A stretch of 64,000 bases of DNA from Narcine bancroftii (Eukaryota), in NCBI RefSeq assembly GCF_036971445.1, contig NC_091478.1, forward strand, positions 102,982,001 through 103,046,000, in the 5' to 3' direction. Below the pieces are notes generated by a model. That model saw only the letters and a program-made list of their open reading frames with translations. It had not been told where the DNA came from and ran no database searches. Below are positions 35,152 to 47,006 of this stretch, piece by piece (the stretch's first letter is position 1; every line of letters begins with the position of its first letter). Position numbers and translations under genes: made by a program.

Positions 35152-38100
35152 CTCCATAGTTCAAATGCAAGGGATATTCTGTAAATAACTTTTTTTCCTA
35201 TGGAAAAATATTTCTGCTCCTGTATTGTCATTTACCTTTTCAATATCCCTCGTGTTGTGCAAAATTTGGGTCAGCAAATGAATGTGAACATCTTGAAATT
35301 TAATAATAATTGTCTTAAAGCAGTTCTTTTGCTTCCTTTTGTTGCAATAATGTGTCGTGTGGTGACTGCATTCATTTGAAAGCAAAGTATTTTTATCCTC
35401 TTGGGTTCTCCTCTGCATGAGCAAGGCGATTGGATAATTGAGGTCAAGAGTTAATAAGCTATTGAAATAACTGTTCAGGCTTGTTATTTTGTAATAATAC
35501 TTGTTCCAGTAACTCTGGGCTGTGAGCCATAACCACCCCAATGGAGTTTTTATAAATTACTAATGAACCCAAAAAACCTAGGCTGACAGGTTGGTGCACA
35601 ACTGAAGGAGATATGCTTTGTCAGAGATGTTGTCTTTTCATAAGATTATAAATACAAGATACCCTCTACTCAGTGATCAGAAATGATCCTGTGGATTCTG
35701 TTTTGAGAAATAATGGAGAATAATTCCCAATGTCCCTGGCAATTCCTCGCTCATTTTCATCATTTTTTTAGCAAAACTTGATCCTTTTGACCTTGCTGTT
35801 TGTGGGAGCATTTCCTGGATACAGGTTTAGCTTTGGTAGTATATTTCCTATCACTTTGATAGAGATGGCATTTACCATTCTGAAAATGTCGATATCTGCA
35901 ATTGCAGTTCACAACAAACCCTCCACCCACCACCCTGCCTTGCAAAAACCATGATACTAGATCCTGATTGGGAATTAACCCTTTAAATAGCTTTTCAGCC
36001 ACATTCACAATTGTGTTGATGGGGGGTAGTGAAATCTGCTCTCAGTTTTGACAAAGGATTGGAGAATGGTGCAAATGTATGCTTTTAATGTTGCAGAGAA
36101 AAACTGATATCTTGCAGGTGCTTTTTGTTTTAAATGTGTGCTGCACTGAATAGGTCATATTTTTAATTATGATTTATTTCACTCTGAAAATTTAACAAAT
36201 GATTCCTAAGAAAACTTGTTTCTTCTCTGTATTAAAATTTTCCCTGGCTTTTTCTTTCTCTTGTACCTGATTTTACCAAAATTTTCCATTAATAACCCAA
36301 CTTTTTTCCTCTTCTAGCTGTCATTTCTTCCAACTAGAATAATGTTCAATTCAAAGCGCTGACATTTATCCAACCAGTTATTTAGGTGAATTTGTTTTTA
36401 AAAATTGAACAGAAATTGGGACATTCGGACAAAGTATTAGCATGGAATCTTCATCATGGGATAGCTCAAGTCAATAGGTGAGATAAAAATCCTTGCATGC
36501 CGTCATCTTTCTGCTTGCTGTCAAGATGCTGATTGTGAGGTTTTGGGAATATAATTGTCTAGAATTCAAATTTCTGATTCGGAACAAAGCAAGAAAATAA
36601 CGCATGCTTCAGGAAGCCTTTCCCATAATAAAGATCCTTTCTGGCCTTGAATTATTCCTACTGTATTATGGCTACGGGCTTTATGGAAATTGGATAATTT
36701 ATTTCTTAAGAAATCAGTTTTCGAACTTTAAGATTTAAATTTGGGCAACACAGTTAATGTTGTGGTTAACAAAACGCTATTACAGCACTAGTGACCTGGA
36801 TTTGAATCGGTGCTGTCTGTAAGGAGTTTGTACGTTCTCCCTGTGTCTGCGTGGGTTTCCTCCCACCCTTCAGAACGGACGGAGGTTGTAGGTTGATGGG
36901 GTTATTTGGGCAGCACGAGGTTGTGGGCTGGAAAGTCCTGCTACTGTGCTGGTTCTGTAAATAAAAGTAATTAAAATGCAAGGGAGGCGTTTGAGTATTT
37001 CCTCCACTTTAACTGAACTTTATTTTGCTGGAACTTTCCCATTTGTATTTTTCTCCCTCAAAGTTGATCCCAAATGTGGCCAATTAATTGTTAAACAGGC
37101 TCCCTCTCCAATTCAGGACACTAACCTGTTGGGTCATTAATGCTAATTCCTATTCAGCTGCAAGGAGTCATCCTGCTTTTTTCTCTTACAAGAAAAGTAT
37201 AAGGGTTCAGAATTTTATGGAAAGGCAGAATGGGAGGCTAAAGTGGTTCAGTACCATTTATATTTTTAACATGTGTTAGGCAGGTTTAGAGTTCATTTAA
37301 TAAGATGCGAAGCTTTCCCTTCCTATTCACTTGTTAACCCATATCAGTTACTAGTACAAGATTGGTTGGAGGCATGGTCTTAGCTTCATTTGAGTTGAAT
37401 GGAATAAGATTTACAGCACATTCCCTCAGAAAGAACTGGAACTTCACGATCAGTACATGAATCTGCCGTTAGCATACTTCCGATGAAAGATACATACTAG
37501 CATTATTTAGTATACTGCCTTGGGTTTCTTGAGCTTATTTTGTTATAGAAGCCATCAAAATACTGAGTTTGTGAACTTCTATGGCCATCTTTTTTTTCTC
37601 CAGTTTTAATGAATATTGTATTCAGTTTCAACAAAAAATAACAGCTGGATCGAGCACAATTCGTTCGTTCACTTTCAGTTGATGACAAACTAAAAATGGA
37701 AGATCCTGGGCATTAATAAAAATGTATAATTCTGTGTAAGCTAAGGAAATGTACCTCGTCTGTGTTTGCTGCATGCATTATTTCATGTTTAAGTCAGTTA
37801 ATTGGGCAAACAGTCTTTATTGATTAAGGTCTGACTGGATGAATCACAGAGCATCTTACTGTAAACAAATTTATTGGAGCAGAAGTGATGTTTCATCTTT
37901 ATATTTTGAGGCTGGATTGAAATCCAGTTTGTGGCCCTCATCATTTTGTAAAATATTGTAAAATTATTTGAATGTTTTGGCATAATTTTATGTAATAATA
38001 AACTTTTGTACTTAACACGCTACATAGTTTCTTTTGGTATCACAAGCTAAAAATGTTTTGCTCTTTGACATTCAAGGAGTGCCGAAGGAAACCTGAACCA

Positions 38101-38244
38101 GTTTAGAGGCATTGCCCAAATGTTATTTGAATGATGGAAAACATAGATTTTCAGATTTGTCAGAGTACATACGCGACTTAACAGACAACCCTGAGATTCT
38201 TTTATTGTGCACGAGAGGCTGAATTACCACTTGGTGGAGTAGAA

Positions 38245-38812
38245 GTTAAAAAATCTTGGATGCCAGAAATCCTAACCACCCGAGAATTCAAACTTTTCAA
38301 AATCACTCAAAACTTTTTAACTTTAGTGGGCCTTGTGTGGGTGCATAAGTGCTACAGATACAGAGCGGCAACCATAAATAGCAAACGTATTTGCAAACCC
38401 ATAATAATAGATCCTACAGTAAATAAACTTGGCAGTCTGAAGAGAAAGAAGAACGCATTGAAAATGAGTGATAAACTTGAGATAATAAAGAAACCAGAAT
38501 GTGGTGTGAGCAGCACTAGTGAAAACCTACTACATCAGAAAGTCCACAATCTATGCTATTTTTTTCTTTTTAAAAAGTCCATGGAAATGGTTATTAAATT
38601 TGTGGATCAACTATAGTTCAAGACATGCAGAATAATCTTATCACCAAAGTTTCTAAAAGCAAAGGAAACATCAAGAAGCACAGCAAATGACCTAGAAACT
38701 ACAAGTTTTCCACCCACAAACGATGCAGCTTTCTTTATTCCTCAAATTTTAATGCACCGTCCAAAAAATCCAGATTAATCCAATCCCAGAGCAGTCTGGA
38801 TTTTTGGACTTC
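38245..38812 (+). mobile_element. Tigger/pogo-like DNA transposon remnant
   Basis: KRKKNALKMSDKLEIIKK resembles a Tigger N-terminal HTH; decayed terminal repeats. Confidence 0.55.
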
Positions 38813-38824
38813 TGTCGGGCCAAA

Positions 38825-39232
38825 AAAGCAACAAATAAATGTTTTTAAAAAAAACTAAAAGAGAGGGAAAAAAATCAAAATGCAAAAGTCCCTTAAATGA
38901 GTTCCTGATTGAATTTGTCGTTGGAGTCTGATGGTGAAGGGTAGCAGCTACTCTTGAATTTGGTGGTTGGTACAAGTCTTGTGGCATCTACACCTCTTTC
39001 CTGATAGGGAGGGTTTTGCCTGTTGTGTCCACTGCCTTTTGGAGGGCTTTACACTTGGGTTGATTGTCTGGCTGTAATCCACTGCCATGCGCAGTTTTTC
39101 TCCTGACTTACTACAACCACCTGGGCTCTCCAGGGGCTGGTGCACACTTTCCACCACACCTCTAGAAATTTGCCAGGGTTTCTGATGTCATACTGAACTT
39201 GTCCAAACTCCTGAGGAAATCGAGGCATTGTC
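38825..39232 (-). mobile_element. Rex-Babar-type LINE fragment with an 86-bp Gypsy RT insert (39056-39141)
   Basis: Aligns to ~32370-32800 except that one internal block is replaced by sequence encoding SPWRAQVVVV/GEKLRMAVDYSQTIN. Confidence 0.7.
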
Positions 39233-39818
39233 ATACTGGAGAGGGGGAGAAGGTGGAGGAAGTGAAATGAATGGTGACCTTTTTACTTGTGATAGCACAA
39301 CATGCCATTGAATAACAATGGCAACAAAGACATATTTTCAAGATGTACTTCATCCCATATTGTTGTACATTTGATGGCCATGTTTCTGAAAAAAAAAGCT
39401 GGATATTTCTGGCCAATTGGAACTTTGATGAACACTTGGATTTGATTCAAAACACAACAGAGAACTGTTGCTGAACAACATATCTAACAATGTGAATCAT
39501 TCAGGAATGAGATACTTTGGTTCTTCACTGAGTCTGGCCTCACAATAGTCTTACTGGATAGCAGGATCAGGTTGACTGGCAGTAGGGATCATCATGACAA
39601 GGGCTATTAATCACTGATCTTCCCAATAGAGGGCAGCATGTCGGTGGTAGTCACCACAACTTCCTGAGCTTTTGCATGTCTAACAATGTAAATCATTCCA
39701 GGATGAGATGCTTTGGTTCTTCACTGAAGTTAATGTCTTGGGCAATTACTTTCAACCCCAAAGATAAAAAATAGACAAAATGATAGTGGGGAAGGGCTAA
39801 TTCCAATGGGATCTAGGG

Positions 39819-39988
39819 TAGGGGTAGCCAACTTTTTAATTTAGACATACAGCACGGGAACAGGCCATTTCGACCCACGGATACATAACGGGGGTGTAGA
39901 ATAATTGGGTGGCACGGACACGTGGGCTGAAATGGCCTGTTCCCGTGCTGCATGTCTAAATTAAAAATTAAAAGGTTGGCCACCCCTG
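39819..39988. mobile_element. hAT MITE containing an inverted pair of SINE tails
   Basis: TIRs taggggtagccaac / ggttggccacccctg; perfect 8-bp TSD ATCTAGGG (39811-39818, 39989-39996). Confidence 0.85.
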
Positions 39989-39989
39989 A

Positions 39990-40450
39990 TCTAGGGAGAG
40001 TAAATTGGAAACAGATGTTCTCAGGAGAAAGCACAGAAATGTGGAGGACGTTTAGGGACTACTTGCACAGGGTTCTGGATAGGTTTGTCCCATTGAGTCA
40101 GAGACAAGGTAGCATGAAAAGGGAACTGATTGACAAAACAAGTGAGAGCGCTAGTTAAGAGGAGGACGAAAGCATACATTAGATTTAGGAAGCAAAAAAA
40201 CAGGAATGGCTCATGAGTATTTTATGGTATCCAAGAAGGAACTTGAGAATGGAACTTGAGAGAGAATGGCAGAGGAGAAGATCTTGGCAAGTAAGATTAA
40301 GGAAACCCTTAAGGTGTTCTATGTTTTCATGAAGAACAGAAGGATGACGAGAGTGACGTTAGGACTGGTTAAGGACAAAGTTCACTAAGGACAATGTGCT
40401 GGGAGGCAGAGACGGTTTGGGAGATCCTGAAAGATTACTTTGGATCAGTA
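39990..40450 (+). mobile_element. CR1 LINE internal fragment
   Basis: VNWKQMFSG..MWRTFRDYL..VLDRFVP; LASKIKETLKVFY..MKNRRMTR. Confidence 0.65.
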
Positions 40451-41101
40451 TTTTGTCTGCAGACTTTCATGTTTTACTCTCCAAGATTGCAACTGATCTC
40501 ACCTTGGCTTAATTTGCCTCAACTTTTGACCTTGTGTTTAAAGACGTTTCAGCAATCATCTGAAGGTCAGAATTGGAAGGATTTCTTCCTCTTTGGGAAG
40601 AACCTCCCTTCCCAATCTTAAGTGATTAATCTCTCATCGTGAGATTTTGCTTGCCTTGTTCTAAACATCCTAACAAGGGGAAACATCTGGGTCTACCCCT
40701 TCAAGTATTTTCAGAAACTTGTGTTTCTGAGAGATCATCTCCATCCTCTTGAACTTTCATCATAAGCTAACTCCATGTACCAAAGGTGTAATTTATACCA
40801 TTGTTGATTGACCTGTACTTGTGCATGCAACAAACTAATCTCAATCTTCTTATGGCTACTCTTGGGATCTGAGCAGAAATCTAGCTCATCCGGTTGTAGT
40901 ATTGATGAGCACTGCACAATTCCATTTTAATGTCTCATCTGAAGTAGAAATGGAAATGACACTTTTGAAGGGTTAGGAACCTCTCCAGTTTGAACTACAT
41001 GTGTCATTTGTCGAAGAAATAGAAACATAGAAAACCTACAGCACAATTCAAGTCCTTCAGCCCAGAAAGCTATGCCAAACATGTCCCTACCTTAACAATA
41101 G

Positions 41102-41758
41102 TTAGAATATTAGCTATAGAATATCTAGTTATGGGAATTATGATGAAGAAACCATCTCAAAGACTTTGGCAGTAAGCTGAGAGAGAGAGAGAGAGAGAGA
41201 GTAACCAAGGACATTCCAGACACCATCTAAAAGCTGCAATAAGCCTCCAGCACCACTCATTGTTTCAGTACTGAGGTTTTGGTCACCATTGTCAACTTCA
41301 AGAATCTAAGATTACTATGAAACTAGTCATTTACATGTATAAACTGGAAACCAGAATCAGGGAGCAATAAAATAGATGCTGATGTACTGTGAGCAACCTT
41401 TCCAGACTTTTTTTATATACCAGAAGGATGTTCTTAATTATAATTGGTACATGAGATTAAATGACCAACAACAAATCATTTTGCTGCCTTTATGAAGAGG
41501 ATATGCAAAATGTAAAACATAAGCTGTAGCAATACCTTCAAAGAAATGATATCCAATTTGTATGCAGGAAAATACCTTAAATATTGTACCTTGTGACTGT
41601 TCTTTGAATGAGACCAAACTGTCTTAGTGAGGTGATCTTGCCTACCCAACACTACAGACTGCTCATTCCCGCTAGCGTTATTCCAATAAAGTCTGTTTGA
41701 ATTGTACTGTGTGGCTTGGTTGTATTTTTTGTATCTTGACAGGAGCTCGACTTTAACA
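41102..41758 (+). mobile_element. Candidate older solo LTR inserted in a CR1 3' tail
   Basis: Ends in TAACA; 4-bp ATAG on both sides; AATAAA at ~41685; flanks rejoin as CR1 3' UTR; the 5' TG is missing. Confidence 0.45.
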
Positions 41759-43067
41759 ATAGCACTCGATTTTTCTAAGCTTCATGTTCCTATCCAAAAG
41801 GAGAAAAGGCTGAGTTCACTAAATATCTGCACTTTTTCTACGTCCCACATCCTTCTGGTAGTGAAGCGACCAGAACTGAGCATGGGGTCTGACCAGGGTC
41901 CTATTTAGCTGCAACACCTGTAAACAGATAAAACACTCATGGAGACAGAAACTTTATCTATGAAGACTTATTTCATAATATCCTCAGGGCTTAGTACCAG
42001 GGCTCTATATTTTTGAAATATAAATAAATAATTTGGACAAAGAGGTTTGTGGCAAGGTCATTTTGGTGATTGGCATGAAAATATATACTACAGTGAACTG
42101 TGGAGAAGGTTCTTGGGTTTGTAACAGGATCTAAATCAGATGGAGAAATGGGCTAGGAATGGTGTGGAAAGGGTTCATTGTCGGTTCCATTTGCACCTGC
42201 TTTGAAGTTCTTTCCAAACCAGTTCCATTGTCTTTTGCAAAGCCACTGGTGCCTGAAGGTCTAGCTTCAGCAAAGCTCTTGCATTTTAAATGAGATGTGA
42301 AGTGTAAGTATCTGTTTGTGAAATGACTTACACTAAACCCAACCCCCCCCCCCCAATCTATCTCTTTTAAACACATATAACCCGTAACACTTGTTTCACT
42401 CCTAATTCTCTATACTTGTACTGTTCTCATTGGGATGACTTCCTTTCACTCTGGTATTGTGAATTCAAAGTAAATACGGCTTAAAGATGGGAGATAAAAA
42501 TATTTTATTAAAACATAACAAAGGAACTTTGAGGCTAAACTTTTTATTGAAGATTAGATTGATCAAGAGGAAAGTTAGATTAAATTTAATGAAGTAAAAT
42601 TTAACAGCATGACAACAGGTACAGGTTGGTGCAAAATAAGTTCTTGCACCATCTGCAACTCACCTCAAAATTACATAAATCGAAACCAGAAATTTTGGAA
42701 ATGTGCTTTAGGTGTGGAACCTTTATCCACTCCGCTTGGCTGTGTACAAGGGTGAGATCCTTCTGGGAGGACCTTTTGAAAAAGATTACAAAGGTGGATT
42801 TCCCTCAGGATCCAGAAGCCTGGGAGACATTGGGGACGTGAGTTTTAAACTATCTAAATGCCAAATTCAGTTTGTGAAGGGCGCCTTGACGGTAGCCTGG
42901 AAGTGTACAGCGGTCACATGGAAGTCTGACTTCCAACTAATCACCACACGATTGAATATGGAAATACTGAGTTCCATTGCCCTGGAGGAAATCACTCTGT
43001 AAAAGGCCCGGAACGTTGCTCGCCTCGTGCTTCCTATGGATGCTGCATGACCTGCTGAGTTTCTTCA

Positions 43068-44172
43068 GCACTTTTTCATGTTGCTTAGGCTCAGGATCGA
43101 CCACAGGGGCAGTTCGCCCTCCCTGTAAAGCTTTAGTAAAGTAATTTGGCTGTTGACAAAAACACCTTGGTAGTTTTATGATAGTCATTGCTTTTACTAG
43201 ATTCATTTATAATTAACTGAATTTAAAAGCTCTCATGGCTTTAGTGAGATTTTAACTTGTCTCTTAATCCCCTGTGAGTGATGAATGAGACAATTATTTT
43301 ATTTCTAATATCCTGTCCCATCAACTCATTACAATAATCTTGACAAAGCAAGTTTGTTAATGAAGTGCTAACTTTGTAACTCACCAACTCTCCAACAGCA
43401 TAGTTTAATGAAATTCCTGGAGAAAAGTAATGATGTGGACCGAGAGATGAGACTTTGCTTAAGTGCAGAGGTAGGATGATTTTAAAGTTTCTGGACTTTG
43501 TTCTGTGATATGGTGGAGTACAAAACTTTCATAAAAAACTCACTTCTTTCTTCAAAACATCTTCCCTCCTTGTTTCCCACCCGACAGCTGGATCTGTCTT
43601 GGATGTACTGGTAGCCACATTGGTCGTTCCTTGTGCTGTAGCATCTCACTGAATGACTGAGGTTCATCTCTTTTCATCATCCCGACTGCACAGCTGGGTT
43701 GGTGAACTGTGAACCCGTGATCAGTGTTCTGTGCGATTGGGACTCCAAGAATCTGAAGGTTAAACTCTGTTTTTGGTCTGGTGGTTCTTCCTTCTCAAGA
43801 CTTGGCCTTTGCTGGCTATGCCAGCAACCACTGTACGCTCCTAATTACCCCTTTGAACTGGGGGACTTGCTGAACCATTTCAGTGTGGCAATTGTATTTT
43901 GACCACATTGCTGGTTCTGGATTGGAAAATAAGTCTCATGAGGCAAGGTTAGCAGAGCGAGGACTTTTCTCTTTGGAACAAAGAAGGATGAGAGAGAACT
44001 TAATAGAGGTCTACATGATTAAGAGAGGCACAGATAAGGTAGACAGCCAGCACCTTTTTCCTAGCGCAGGAGATCTGAACAAAGTGACGGGAAGAAAGTT
44101 TAGCGGAGACATCAGGGGTAAGCTTTTTGCACAGGGATTGTGGATACCTAGAATGCCTTCCCAGGAGTGGTG
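43068..44172. repeat. Segmental duplication, copy B (inverted copy of 13531-14643)
   Basis: Continuous reverse-complement match with scattered substitutions and small indels. Confidence 0.95.
43399..43470 (+). pseudogene. CMC2: Duplicated CMC2 exon (pseudo-exon)
   Basis: ccaacag|HSLMKFLEKSNDVDREMRLCLSAE|gtagga; three substitutions vs 14233-14304, all non-synonymous, including a CX9C Cys to Ser change. Confidence 0.9.
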
Positions 44173-44217
44173 GTTGAGACTGAAACATTTGGGTTTAATT
44201 TTTGGTAGGAGTATATA

Positions 44218-45988
44218 CAGTGCCCTGCATAATGTTTGGGAGAAAGACACTCTTTTCCTTTATTTGTCCCTGTGCTCCACAGTTTTGAATTTGTAATCAA
44301 ACAATTCACATGTAATTGAAGTGCACATTCCAGATTTTATTCAAGGTTATTTGTCGACGTTTTGGTTTGACGATGTAGAAATTACAGCACTTTTTATACA
44401 TAGTCCCCTCATTTCAGGACACCTTAATGTTTGGGACATTTGGCTTCACAGGTGTTTGTGAGAACTCAGGTCTATTTAATTGCTTCATTGGTGCAGGTTT
44501 AAGAGAGCTCGACTGACTTCTAAGCTTGTGATCACCTTTGGAGTCTGTAGTTGCCATTTTTCAACATAAGGACCAGAGTTGTGCCAGTGATAGTCAAAGA
44601 AGCTATTATGAGGCTGAAAAACAAGAATAAAACAGTCAGAGACATCTATTAAACCTTAGGGTTTTCAATATCAACAGTTTGAAACACTATTAAGAAGAAA
44701 TAGTGTACTGGTGCGCTCAGGAATTGCAAAGGGACTGGTAATTCCTAGGAAGACCTCCACTGTTGATGACAGAAGAATTCTCATCATAATGAAGAAAAGT
44801 CCATAAACTTTTGTCTGATAGATCAGAAACACTCTTCAAGAGGCAGGTGTGGATATGTCAATGACAACTGTCTGCAGAAGACTTCATTCATAGCAAAGGT
44901 GGCATGCTTTGAATCTTGGACAGTTCCATAATGCCTCCACACTTTGCTCTTGCCATCACTCTAATACAGGTTAATCTTGGTCTTGTTAGAAACAGAATTT
45001 ACCTTTAAAGAAATTGCTCGAGACAAAAATTGAGAACAAAGAACATTTATTATAACCACAATGCAAAGTTGGGTGCTTCCCCTTACCTTGGGAATACACA
45101 CATACACTGGGGCTCACCCAACTTTTACACAGTCAATTTCAGAATCAGAATACCCTCCCCCTTACATTCTTCTGCCCCCTGGATGGGTTTGGCATAGGCA
45201 ATCCTTCCTGCCTACGTGCAGTTTCAGTAGACTTGGAGGACCAGGGGATATCCTGTCCGTGTCCCTTCATGTTATTGTCCTTATTCACACCTTCCTGATT
45301 CTCGGGGCTACAGTCTCTTGGTATGCAGAGTTGGCTCATCCTGTCTAGGGTTGGCTAATTTAATATGTATAAATCTGTGTAAGGTTAGCTAATTAGATAT
45401 GTAGGATTTGGTACTTCTGTCCAGGGCTAGGAGACCCTTATCTGATCCAGACTACCTCAACTTCCTACATTCTATTGTTCCTTACCACTCCTTATCTTAG
45501 TCTTATGGTGGCTCTTGTCACAAAGACTAGAAGATTCTTATGTTAATCGTGCTGACTCTGCTTTCCTGCATCCTAATCCCCAAGCTCATCCTGCTTGTAC
45601 TGGTTACAGCCATTAACTGATGTATGAATTTTAGTTTCCTTCATGTTCATAATTTTAGATCAGTTTTCCCATCTCTCACAGTCTCATCTGTCCACAGGAC
45701 CTTTATCCAAAATTCTGCAGGCTCTTTTAAATACATCTTGGCAAACTGTAATCTGGCCAATCCTGTCTGGCTATCTAGTGGTTTGCATCTTGCAGTGTAA
45801 CCTCTGTACTTTTTTCATGAAGTCTTCTGCAGACAGTGGTCATTGGCATATTCACACCTGCCTCCTGGAGAGTGTTTCTGATCTGTCGGAGAGGCATTTG
45901 GGATTTTTCTTCATTACGATGAGAATTCTTCTCTCATCAGCAGTGGAGATCTTCTTTGGAATACCAGTTCCCTTATAATTACTGAGCT
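44218..45988. mobile_element. Rearranged Tc1-like transposon (plus-strand 5' part 44218-44888; minus-strand part ~44895-45988 interrupted by an LTR)
   Basis: TA-CAGTGCCC terminus; transposase remnants RLKNKNKTVRDI...RKTSTVDDRRILIIMKK (plus) and VLWTDETKIN (minus). Confidence 0.8.
44984..45680 (-). mobile_element. Solo LTR, copy 2
   Basis: TG...CA termini, 4-bp TSD GTCT; reverse complement of 18201-18899. Confidence 0.9.
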
Positions 45989-46559
45989 GGTTCCATCACG
46001 ACCTGGTATGGAGGTGCCAACCTCAGGACAAGAATAAACTCCAGAGCGTTGTTAACTCGTCCAGCGACTTCATCGAGGACATCGACATGAGACGGTGTCT
46101 TAAAAAAAGCAGCTTCTATCCCCAAAGACCCCCTTCACCCAGGCCCTGCCCTCTTCACTCTGCTACCATCTGGAGCACAGGAGCCTAAAGATGAGCGCAC
46201 AAAGGCACAAGGACGGCTTCTTCCCCGCTGCCCTCAGGTTCCTGAATAATCGATGAACCAGAGACACTGCCTTACTTATCGGGCACTGTTCTTGTTCTAG
46301 TAAAGTTGTAAGATGGTTATAATCTGAATGTTTGCTCTGTGATGCTGTCACCAAACAACAAATTTCATGACTTGTTCATGACAATAAATCCTGATTCTGA
46401 ATGTGAGTCCATATGAAAGGGAATATTCTCTTTTCCTTTAAAGTTCAATTGATAACTAGGGTTTGTACTATATGATGTTCAGATGGACATTACTGGTAAT
46501 CACTGTCAACACATTAATTAAAACGAGCCCAAGAGAAACATGAACACATTCTCACATTG

Positions 46560-46751
46560 AGTTGGAGCTCCAGTCCTTTAGTCCAGGGGCTGAGCTGAGG
46601 ATGCGGGCTCTGATTGATGTGTCCCTCAGCCAATCAACGCTCGGACAGCTTCGAGGGAGGTGAGCCGGATAGACGGAAACGAGCCAATAGGAATTGGCCG
46701 AGCTTTGATTGATGGTGGGTTGTAGGCGGGGAGGTGCGGCAAGATGGCGGC
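46560..46751 (+). promoter_or_regulatory. ATMIN CpG-island promoter
   Basis: CCAAT boxes (~46630, ~46684), ATTGG (~46693), YY1-type CAAGATGGCGGC overlapping the start codon. Confidence 0.7.
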
Positions 46752-46995
46752 AACGTGTGCCTGCAGCGGCCGGGAGAGCGGCGATTCGTCGCAGCCCCCG
46801 GCGGCGGGTGAGAGGCCGCAGGGACCCCCGGCGACGGCGGCAGATGTCCCGGCCTTCCAGCTCATCAGGCCGTCGGTGTCCGAGCTCAGCCGAGAAGTGA
46901 GGACGAATATCCTGTGCACGGTGACGGGATGCGGCAAGATCCTCCCCAACCCACCGGCCCTGGGGATGCACCTGGTCAAATCCCACAGGGTGCAG
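46744..46995 (+). CDS. ATMIN: ATMIN/ASCIZ exon 1 (zinc finger 1)
   Basis: LIRPSVSELSREVRTNILCTVTGCGKILPNPPALGMHLVKSHRVQ|gt; 252 nt. Confidence 0.95.
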
Positions 46996-47006
46996 GTGGG
47001 TTCGCA

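Noticed and set aside
37590-37720. Alternative terminal CENPN coding exon
   Set aside because: An acceptor-like site and AATAAA are present, but all frames close quickly and nothing resembles CENP-N; probably UTR or intergenic.
13531-44172. Staggered-break inversion of the CMC2-CENPN segment
   Set aside because: CMC2 is intact across copy A and gene order and orientation match the human arrangement.
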